32,000 nucleotides of DNA from the NCBI GenBank assembly GCA_000387965.1, contig APJZ01000005.1, positions 1 through 32,000 on the forward strand, written 5' to 3'. The notes below the pieces were generated by a model that saw only the letters and a list, made by a program, of their open reading frames with translations, had not been told where the DNA came from and did not search any database. The position numbers and the translations under genes were made by a program. This DNA is from Candidatus Nanobsidianus stetteri. Lineage in GTDB: Archaea; Nanobdellota; Nanobdellia; Nanobdellales; Nanobdellaceae. Positions within the stretch are counted from its first letter, which is position 1. Each line of letters starts with the position of its first letter. Positions 25,000-32,000 of this stretch are shown piece by piece.

Positions 25000-25800
25000 T
25001 TAACCATATATCAAACCTATTAGACTAATTATTATTGCTATACTACCTAGTATATAATCAATATAATATATTTTTTTACTCTTTGCTAATTTCATTAAAA
25101 TATCTATAGTTAAATATCCAACTATAAAAGACACAATTATAGCAGTTAGAATTCCATAATATCCTATATTGGATATTACATACATGATATTAGATTTAGA
25201 GGCTAATATGGTTAGAAAAAATGCTCCAAGGGCTGCTGGTATATATAAAATATATGAAAGCGAAAAAGCAAATTTTGGATCATATTTCATTAATAACATA
25301 GTAGATACAGTAATTCCAGACCTACTAACCCCAGGTAGAGCCGCAAGACCTTGCGCAGTTCCAATAATAATTATATCTCTTAAATTAAGATCTTTTTTAT
25401 CCTTTATTTTTATCTTATTCCTTGTATAATATATATATATTCCATCTAGAATAAGTATTAATCCTAAAATTATCATTGGTATGGATGTATTATAAGCATT
25501 TTCCAATAATTTATCAGAAATAATATATAAAGGAGCACCAATCAAACCTGTAAAAATTGTTGCAATAATTATATAATATAACATTTTTTTATCCTTTAAT
25601 ATTTGATATATATCTCTCCTAAAGTATAGTAAAGCAGATAATACTGTTCCAATTTCCATAAATAATCCAAATGTATATCCAATCGAAGGATTAATATTAA
25701 GTAAGTAATTTGATGCTATTAGAATTTGCGTTTTACTACTTATTGGCAACCATTCACTAATACCTTGGATTATTCCCAATATTATTGGATATAAATCCAT
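25000..25800 (-). CDS. uppP: Undecaprenyl-diphosphatase family (polyprenyl-PP phosphatase)
   Basis: GIIQGISEWLPISSKTQ and PGVSRSGITVS are the two UppP/BacA signature motifs. The protein is polytopic and 266 aa long. Confidence 0.9.
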   Translation of the reverse strand: MDLYPIILGIIQGISEWLPISSKTQILIASNYLLNINPSIGYTFGLFMEIGTVLSALLYFRRDIYQILKDKKMLYYIIIATIFTGLIGAPLYIISDKLLENAYNTSIPMIILGLILILDGIYIYYTRNKIKIKDKKDLNLRDIIIIGTAQGLAALPGVSRSGITVSTMLLMKYDPKFAFSLSYILYIPAALGAFFLTILASKSNIMYVISNIGYYGILTAIIVSFIVGYLTIDILMKLAKSKKIYYIDYILGSIAIIISLIGLIYG

Positions 25801-25823
25801 TCTTCATAACTTATTAAAATATC

Positions 25824-25835
25824 TTTAAAAATTTT
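25824..25835. promoter_or_regulatory. Palindromic TATA-like element TTTAAAAATTTT near the centre of a 52-nt divergent spacer
   Basis: Its centre is about 23 nt from ATG 25853 (+) and about 29 nt from ATG 25800 (-). This is the same geometry as at 18885-18895. Confidence 0.35.
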
Positions 25836-25852
25836 ATTAAAAAAACTGATTT

Positions 25853-26638
25853 ATGATCAGAAATTATATATTATCATTAATTTTATATATAGAGTCTTCT
25901 ATAGCTTTATACTTTTCTTATATATATTTCCTTAATTTAATAAATAATTTATTATACTCAACAATAAATTATGATATTTTATTTTTCTTATCAATTAGTT
26001 TATTATCTTTTTTAATAACATTTTATTTAGGAACATATTTCTCAATGAAAATAAAAAATAAAGCATTCTATTTAATTATTGGAATAATATATTATATTGT
26101 AGGCCTTATTTTGTTTCATAATTTTATAAACCTATATATAACGATTTCATTATTTTTTATAATTAAAATAATAGAAAGGGAATATTCCTTTTTTGCAATG
26201 ATAATCTATTTTTTATCAATTTTATTTATTGTTCTTAAAAATCCTATATTTTTTAATATAGTAAGTCAATTTATACATAATAAGTTAGAGAATCTATATA
26301 TTTCAAACATAAATGATCTATATCAAATATATGAATATCAACTATTGAATACATATATTGGTGGTTATGAAACGGCAATATATGTTTTAGAAAATGAAGG
26401 TGATACAAATGGAGCATATATATTATACAATAATTTAACATATGTAAATCAGACATTTTTCAATAGCTTAAATTCAACAATAAATGGATATTTAAATCAA
26501 TATAATCAAACTATCAATTATGAATTAGATAATATTATAAATAATTTTTCACCCGAAATAAATATATCAATTGCTCTATTCCTTATTACTCTATTTAGAA
26601 TATTTTTAGAAATAAATAAAAAGGTAGAAGATTTATAA
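25853..26638 (+). CDS. Hypothetical polytopic membrane protein with an Asn-rich loop near the C-terminus
   Basis: Several hydrophobic segments, then YNNLTYVNQTFFNSLNSTINGYLNQYNQT and a terminal hydrophobic helix. No recognisable family. Confidence 0.55.
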   Translation: MIRNYILSLILYIESSIALYFSYIYFLNLINNLLYSTINYDILFFLSISLLSFLITFYLGTYFSMKIKNKAFYLIIGIIYYIVGLILFHNFINLYITISLFFIIKIIEREYSFFAMIIYFLSILFIVLKNPIFFNIVSQFIHNKLENLYISNINDLYQIYEYQLLNTYIGGYETAIYVLENEGDTNGAYILYNNLTYVNQTFFNSLNSTINGYLNQYNQTINYELDNIINNFSPEINISIALFLITLFRIFLEINKKVEDL

Positions 26639-26664
26639 ACATTTCTATAATATAAGATATTTTT

Positions 26665-26979
26665 ATGAAATTTTGTCCAAAATGTGGGAGCTTAATGAAA
26701 AAAGAAAATAACTATTTAGTATGCCCAAATTGTGGATATAAGGAGAAAATAAAAGATGCAAATTCTTTATTACTTACGGAAAATATAAATAAATCTTCAG
26801 AAATTACAATTATGGAAGAAGATTATAAATTATATCCAGTTGATAATGAGGTTGAATGTCCTAAATGTGGAAATAAAGGAGCATACTTCTGGTCTATTCA
26901 AACAAGAGCTGGAGATGAAGGCGAGACAAAATTTTATAGATGTGTAAAGTGCGGATATACATGGAGAGTATATGATTGA
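26665..26979 (+). CDS. tfs: Transcription factor S (TFIIS-type cleavage factor / RpoM-like)
   Basis: Two zinc ribbons (CPKCG...CPNCG and CPKCG...CVKCG) and the acidic hairpin QTRAGDEGET. 104 aa. Confidence 0.9.
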   Translation: MKFCPKCGSLMKKENNYLVCPNCGYKEKIKDANSLLLTENINKSSEITIMEEDYKLYPVDNEVECPKCGNKGAYFWSIQTRAGDEGETKFYRCVKCGYTWRVYD

Positions 26980-27481
26980 AAAAATAAAGAAATTTATAGT
27001 AAGAATATTTTTCGGAGATGATTATTTAAGTGATATTTTATTTTTAATATTTATATTTATTGTATATTTTATTATTCAAATTGTATATCCACCATTATTT
27101 TCAGTAATAGTATCTCCTAGTATGGAGCATTATTATTTTAATTTCCAAAAATATGAACAATATAATATTACACAACAAGAATTTTTTCAATTCCCATATC
27201 CAAATGGTTTATATGTTGGAGATATAGTAATAATTTTACCAATTAATACACAATATTTAAGAATTGGTGATGTGATTTTATATAAAGGAATATCATTGTA
27301 TAAAAATGAGGATATTTTCCATAGAATAGTTGGTTATAATAATAGTAACTTTATAATTATGGGTGATAATAATCCAGGACCAATAATATTTGAGGGAGAA
27401 AATAATATGGATCCAAATAGAATTATTGGAATTGGAATATTGAGAATACCTTTACTTGGATATATTAAGCTTTTGATTTAA
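26972..27481 (+). CDS. Signal peptidase I, archaeal/Sec11 type (S26B)
   Basis: N-terminal TM helix, nucleophile box VSPSMEH, GDVILYKG, the catalytic-His box FHRIVGY, and GDNN. The start overlaps the TFS stop by 8 nt. Confidence 0.78.
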   Translation: MIEKIKKFIVRIFFGDDYLSDILFLIFIFIVYFIIQIVYPPLFSVIVSPSMEHYYFNFQKYEQYNITQQEFFQFPYPNGLYVGDIVIILPINTQYLRIGDVILYKGISLYKNEDIFHRIVGYNNSNFIIMGDNNPGPIIFEGENNMDPNRIIGIGILRIPLLGYIKLLI

Positions 27482-28552
27482 TTTTCTATATATTTCTTTT
27501 ATCTCATAATACGAATCTTTCTTTGATAGATTTCTATTTAATATTCCAAATTTTGCATTATATCCAAAATCCCACTCATAATTATCCATTAAGGACCATA
27601 TAAAATATCCTTTTATGTTATACTTTTTTCTATTTTTTACAAAATAATTTAAATATCTTTTAATAATTCTAACTCTTAAAAATTCATCTTCAGTATTTAC
27701 CCCATTCTCTGTTATAAATATAGGTTTGTCTAAGTTCTTTAAGATATTATTTAATATAGATACACTAAATGACGGCTTTCTTTCATATATATCCTTTATA
27801 TCTTTAAATATACCATAATAGTTTATTCCATAAAAATCTACTTCTTTTGGAAATAATAGATGAATATTTGAACTTATTATATCCTTTAGTAAAAAGTTAA
27901 ATGGTAATTTTAATAATGATAAACTTTCCGTATATATTAAATAAACATTAAATTCCTTTGTTATTTTATATAATTCCTTATTTGCATAAAATATATTATC
28001 TAATATCACTATCGCATTCTTTAAATCTTCTATAGAATTTACTTTTTTAAATGGAGGCCATTTACCAAAAACGTAAGAAGAAAATATATATACCCATGGT
28101 TCATTAAATGATATAAAGTACTTAACACCCAATTTTGAAAATGTATCAATTATAAAATATGAATAATCAATAAAGCATTCTATATTTTCTTTATTTTCCC
28201 ATCCTCCCAAATTATAAAACCATAAAGGATTGACATAATGCCATAAAGTTATAAATGGCTCTATATTATTTTTTATTAATTTATCAGTAAATTCTAAATA
28301 TCTTTTCATACTGCTATAATCTATCTTATTTTTACTCGGATATATTCTAGCCCAATCTATTGAAAATCTAAAAGCATTTGCATTTAAATCAATTAATATT
28401 GGTATTATATCTAAATACCTTTCCCATAAATTACATGCATTATCTATTTCTGGTAACTTTCCATTTTTAATAAAATAATACCAATCCTGATTATTATAAT
28501 TTCCTTCTGTTTGAAATGATGATATTGAGAATCCTAAATAGAACTTATCCAT
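27452..28552 (-). CDS. Glycoside hydrolase family 1 (beta-glycosidase), compact 366-aa form
   Basis: The GH1 signatures are FSISSFQTEG, FRFSIDWARIYP, FNEPW (acid/base Glu), FITENG (nucleophile Glu) and WSLMDNYEWDFGY. Confidence 0.85.
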   Translation of the reverse strand: MDKFYLGFSISSFQTEGNYNNQDWYYFIKNGKLPEIDNACNLWERYLDIIPILIDLNANAFRFSIDWARIYPSKNKIDYSSMKRYLEFTDKLIKNNIEPFITLWHYVNPLWFYNLGGWENKENIECFIDYSYFIIDTFSKLGVKYFISFNEPWVYIFSSYVFGKWPPFKKVNSIEDLKNAIVILDNIFYANKELYKITKEFNVYLIYTESLSLLKLPFNFLLKDIISSNIHLLFPKEVDFYGINYYGIFKDIKDIYERKPSFSVSILNNILKNLDKPIFITENGVNTEDEFLRVRIIKRYLNYFVKNRKKYNIKGYFIWSLMDNYEWDFGYNAKFGILNRNLSKKDSYYEIKEIYRKLNQKLNISK

Positions 28553-29429
28553 ATATTTTTAATAATTTACTTATACCATTATAAATTGCTCTCTCATTAT
28601 ATCCACCTTCTAAGATATATATAACCTTATTGAACCTTTTTAAATAATTAAAAGCATATTCATAAGATTTTAATGTAATATTAAATACAGATAGAGGATC
28701 CTTTTTATGCATATCAAATCCTAAAGATACTAATATAATTTCTGGATTTATTTCTTCAATTAGTGGAAATATTTTATCCTTTAATAAATTAATATAATAA
28801 TTATCATCTATATTAAAATCTAATGGAAAATTAAAATAATTATTTCCAGATTCTAATCCAGTATTTGGATATATATTTTTTGCATGAGTAGATATATAAT
28901 ATATATTTTTCTTATTTTCAATTATATCTTGAGTTCCATTTCCATGATGTAAATCTATATCAAAAATTAATGCATTCTTATACATTTTTCTTGCATACAT
29001 TCCAGCAATTGCGATATTATTAAATATACAAAATCCCAAAGTTTTATCATTATTTAATGGATTTCTTGGAACATGATGACCAGGAGGCCTTGTAGGTATA
29101 AAAATATATTTATCATTTAATTCTATACTTTCTAATACACCTTCAACTGATTTAAGGATAGAATAAATTGATAAAGGAGATATATATGTATCAGAATCTA
29201 AGTAAATAATTCTATTATTTTTATAAGAATTTTTCCAAATTCTTTTTATAATTTTGACATATTTCCAACTATGTGCATAATTTATATATCTATATATATC
29301 TTTCCTTATTTTTCCTATTTTCTTATAATTATTTTTTATCAATCTTTTTATTACTAACAATCTTCTATTATTTTCTATATGGTTTGGATCATTATGATAT
29401 AATAAATATTTTGAATATAATATCAACAT
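28545..29429 (-). CDS. Histone deacetylase / acetylpolyamine amidohydrolase family (class I/II HDAC fold) deacetylase
   Basis: RPPGHH, DIDLHHGNGTQD, GFDMHKKDPL and LEGGYN motifs. Its stop overlaps the GH1 start by 8 nt. Confidence 0.88.
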   Translation of the reverse strand: MLILYSKYLLYHNDPNHIENNRRLLVIKRLIKNNYKKIGKIRKDIYRYINYAHSWKYVKIIKRIWKNSYKNNRIIYLDSDTYISPLSIYSILKSVEGVLESIELNDKYIFIPTRPPGHHVPRNPLNNDKTLGFCIFNNIAIAGMYARKMYKNALIFDIDLHHGNGTQDIIENKKNIYYISTHAKNIYPNTGLESGNNYFNFPLDFNIDDNYYINLLKDKIFPLIEEINPEIILVSLGFDMHKKDPLSVFNITLKSYEYAFNYLKRFNKVIYILEGGYNERAIYNGISKLLKIYG

Positions 29430-29464
29430 AACATTATAATATTTTCTTACAATAAAAATATTTT

Positions 29465-30787
29465 ATGTATAATTGCATATTGATTGGTATTGATGAAATA
29501 TGGACAAAATCCGAAAAAGTAAAGAAACAGATGATAAATATGTTAATAAATGATATTAAAAATAGGATAAATTTTGATAAAATAGAAAATAGGAGAGGTA
29601 GAATAATAATATGGGATTATAAAGATGAATGGATAAATATATTAAGAAATATTCCGGGAATAAAAAATATATATCCAGCTATTTATTTTGAAACATCCAT
29701 AGAAAATATAAAAAAATATTCTTTAGAATTCTTTAATAATTTTATTGGAAATATTAGTAGATTTAAAGTATCTACAAAAAGAGTTGATAAAAACTTTCCT
29801 TATAAATCTATAGAAGTTAATAAAATTGTTGGAGAAGAAATTTTAAATAAATATAAATTAAAAGTTGATGTAAAAAATCCTGAAAAAATATTATATATTG
29901 AGATTCACAAAGATTATACATTTATTTATGATAAAATAATTAGTGGACCAGGAGGATTGCCAGAAGGATCTCAAGGTAAAGGAATTTTATTATTTTCTGG
30001 CGGATCCGATTCATCAGTAGCCTCATATATTATTTCAAAAAGAGGATTAAAAATTGACTTTTTATTTATTAACATTGCAGGAGATATTTATTTACAATAT
30101 GTATATAATGTATATAATAAATTGAAAGATTATTTTCCAAATTCAAAATTATATGTTTATGATTTGGATATAGGATATTTATTTAATGTAAGAGAAGGAT
30201 ATAGGCAAATATTATTTAAAGCAATAATGTATAAGATTGCAGAAAAGTTTGCAAAGAAAAATAACTATGACTGTATAGTTACTGGAGAATCTTTGGGACA
30301 GGTTTCTACACAGACAATTGATTCACTAAAAGTATTAGATAGCATTGTAGATATTTTAGTATTAAGACCATTAATTGGATTCAATAAAGGTGAAATATTG
30401 GATTTATCAAAGAAAATTGGTATATATAATATAAGAGCACCAGAGATATGTAAAATTGAAAATCATCCAGTAACAAAACCAAAAATTGATATAATAATTT
30501 CTGAACTAAATAAATTAAATATAGATTTAGATAAAGAAGTTGAAAAGATTAAAGAAATTAATAATATAAATATTGAAGAATTCAATTTAAAAATTCCAGA
30601 TAAAAAAGATCTAATAATTGTCAAATCTGAAGAATTTTCTAAATATAATTTTGAAAAAGGTAAGAGATATTTATTAATATGTAAAAAGGGAATATTATCC
30701 AAATATTTTGCTAAAAGATTAAGAAATATAGGAATAGAAGCATATTATATGGATGAAAAAACTGCAAAAATGTTGAAGTATATATAA
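29465..30787 (+). CDS. thiI: tRNA 4-thiouridine synthase ThiI (THUMP, PP-loop and rhodanese-like C-terminus)
   Basis: PP-loop LLFSGGSDSSVASY and TGESLGQVSTQT. The C-terminal RYLLICKKGILS looks like a rhodanese-type Cys loop. Confidence 0.85.
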   Translation: MYNCILIGIDEIWTKSEKVKKQMINMLINDIKNRINFDKIENRRGRIIIWDYKDEWINILRNIPGIKNIYPAIYFETSIENIKKYSLEFFNNFIGNISRFKVSTKRVDKNFPYKSIEVNKIVGEEILNKYKLKVDVKNPEKILYIEIHKDYTFIYDKIISGPGGLPEGSQGKGILLFSGGSDSSVASYIISKRGLKIDFLFINIAGDIYLQYVYNVYNKLKDYFPNSKLYVYDLDIGYLFNVREGYRQILFKAIMYKIAEKFAKKNNYDCIVTGESLGQVSTQTIDSLKVLDSIVDILVLRPLIGFNKGEILDLSKKIGIYNIRAPEICKIENHPVTKPKIDIIISELNKLNIDLDKEVEKIKEINNINIEEFNLKIPDKKDLIIVKSEEFSKYNFEKGKRYLLICKKGILSKYFAKRLRNIGIEAYYMDEKTAKMLKYI

Positions 30788-30829
30788 CTCTGTTAACTAT
30801 ATATGCCTTTTCTATAACATGTAATAACT

Positions 30830-31669
30830 ATGAATATAAACGAATATATTAAAAGGGCCAATTATAATGATATAGAAAATATTGTAGAATTTATTAGAAG
30901 AAATATTGAAGAAAATAAATTTTATTTTGATTTTGAAGAAAATGGGAAAAATTCATATAAAATTTATGAAGAAAATTATGTAAAAAGATTATTGGATAAA
31001 GGAGATATTATTCTTTTATATATAGAAAATGATCAAATAACTGGATTGTCTCATTGGACATCTGAATATGGAATATGGTATAATCTTTACACTGTTGTGA
31101 ATGAAAAAAACTCTAAAAAAGGAATTGCCAAAAAAATTTATTATTATTTCTTAAAACAAGATATACCTGTAGCTGCAGATTTTGTTATATATTTGCCAAC
31201 TTCTAGTAAAATATTTAAAATATGGGAAAACCATGGGATAAAAATCTCTGGTTTTGCTTCATCATTTATACATAAAGATAATAAAAATAATTTATACACA
31301 ACAATTATTGGATATAGATCAAAAGATAGAATATTAGAATTAAAGATACCAAAATATTCTGAAAAATTTTTCAAAAATTTATGTATATTAAATAATCTAG
31401 ATTGTAAAATTTATACATTTGAATATAAAAGAAAAGAAAATAATGAGAAATATCCAAAATTAATATATACAACAAATATAAAAGAATATGAAGAAAAAGG
31501 ATATTATTTAACAGGATTTTTATATAATAATGGACAGATAATTTATGCATATTCAAGTAAAGTAGATAAAAATATAAGGGAACCAATTGTAAAATTCTTT
31601 AATGATTTGGGAAGAGAAGATATAAAAAATACAATTTTAGAATATATCGATAATTTATTATCAATATGA
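30830..31669 (+). CDS. Hypothetical protein with probable N-terminal GNAT acetyltransferase domain
   Basis: VVNEKNSKKGIAKKIYYYF resembles GNAT motif A (Q/R-x-x-G-x-G/A). The C-terminal 110 aa have no recognisable family. Confidence 0.45.
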   Translation: MNINEYIKRANYNDIENIVEFIRRNIEENKFYFDFEENGKNSYKIYEENYVKRLLDKGDIILLYIENDQITGLSHWTSEYGIWYNLYTVVNEKNSKKGIAKKIYYYFLKQDIPVAADFVIYLPTSSKIFKIWENHGIKISGFASSFIHKDNKNNLYTTIIGYRSKDRILELKIPKYSEKFFKNLCILNNLDCKIYTFEYKRKENNEKYPKLIYTTNIKEYEEKGYYLTGFLYNNGQIIYAYSSKVDKNIREPIVKFFNDLGREDIKNTILEYIDNLLSI

Positions 31670-32000
31670 GTCTTGATAAAATTATGATGAATGAAGATAA
31701 GAAAGAAGTCATATTCTTATTAGGTGCTACCGGTGGTATTGGCAAATTATTAGCTGAAGAATTAAAAAATAATGGATATATTATTGTTGGAAATGGAAGA
31801 AAAGAAGACGTATTAATTAGTATGAAAAACGAAGGAAAGATATATGATTATGTAGTTGGAGATATAACAAAAGATGAAGATAGAAAAAGGATAGTAGAAA
31901 AAATAAAAGAATATGTAAATAAAGGATATAAAGTATCTATATTCTATAATATAGGAATTTTATATAATTATCCTGGAGAATTTAAGAACTATACAAATAA
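31666..32000 (+). CDS. Short-chain dehydrogenase/reductase, 5' part (runs off the right edge); absent from the ORF track
   Basis: Hand translation gives MSLDKIMMNEDKKEVIFLLGATGGIGKLLAEELKNNGY..., with the TGxxxGxG Rossmann motif. ATG 31666 overlaps the upstream stop (ATGA). Confidence 0.75.
   Translation, partial: MSLDKIMMNEDKKEVIFLLGATGGIGKLLAEELKNNGYIIVGNGRKEDVLISMKNEGKIYDYVVGDITKDEDRKRIVEKIKEYVNKGYKVSIFYNIGILYNYPGEFKNYTN

Noticed and set aside
25428-25442. Short AT-dinucleotide run inside uppP as a second slippage site
   Set aside because: It is shorter than the 12751-12768 tract, and the uppP frame reads through it intact with conserved motifs on both sides. There is no evidence of switching.
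25169-26456. ORFs 25169-25429 (+, inside uppP) and 26271-26456 (-, inside the 261-aa membrane protein gene)
   Set aside because: They are antisense to longer, better-supported ORFs and have no motifs.
30463-31586. Minus-strand ORFs 30463-30702, 31144-31374 and 31371-31586 inside the thiI and GNAT-like genes
   Set aside because: They are antisense shadow ORFs with low-complexity translations.
1-32000. CRISPR arrays, transposases/IS elements and recognisable defence or toxin-antitoxin modules
   Set aside because: I noticed no regularly spaced direct repeats with unique spacers and no terminal inverted repeats. No ORF has transposase, integrase, Cas, restriction-modification or nuclease-NTPase signatures. 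The only repeats found are the FkbM paralogs, the stomatin 5' duplication and the (AT)9 tract.

Overview
Very AT-rich, tightly packed archaeal chromosomal segment. The archaeal markers are topoisomerase VI A and B, TFS, a Sec11-type signal peptidase, and an intron-containing tRNA-Tyr with a C1:G72 pair and a canonical bulge-helix-bulge splice motif. I support about 33 protein genes, one tRNA, one frameshifted paralog and one gene remnant. I see no CRISPR array, transposase, integrase or recognisable defence system.

The left part (246-9337, resuming at 12607-14561) is a surface-glycan locus. It holds a sugar-1-P nucleotidyltransferase, three GT4 glycosyltransferases, two FkbM-type methyltransferase copies, a GT2 and a phosphohexomutase. 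The rest is mixed housekeeping:
- Energy metabolism: pyruvate kinase, a lone 2-oxoacid:ferredoxin oxidoreductase beta subunit and a lone ACD-beta-like ATP-grasp protein.
- Information processing: a KH protein, Top6B, Top6A, a PDCD5-like protein, TFS, ThiI and a SPOUT methylase.
- Other enzymes: UppP, signal peptidase, an M20 peptidase, a dUTPase-like protein, a translationally coupled HDAC-family/GH1 pair, and GNAT and SDR proteins.
- Membrane and surface proteins: stomatin plus several Asn-rich membrane or surface proteins.

The best non-obvious signals are:
1. The second FkbM copy is split exactly at an (AT)9 tract, and loss of one AT unit restores the frame. This is a candidate slippage switch for glycan methylation.
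2. The stomatin promoter and N-terminal membrane hairpin are tandemly duplicated. This creates an unlisted 48-aa ORF.
3. Two divergent gene pairs with 51-52 nt spacers each have a single A5T4 TATA-like palindrome near the spacer centre.
4. An NDP-sugar dehydratase C-terminal remnant and two unusually long non-coding gaps flank the first GT4 gene.

All family calls come from motif recognition by eye. No database search or folding program was run.
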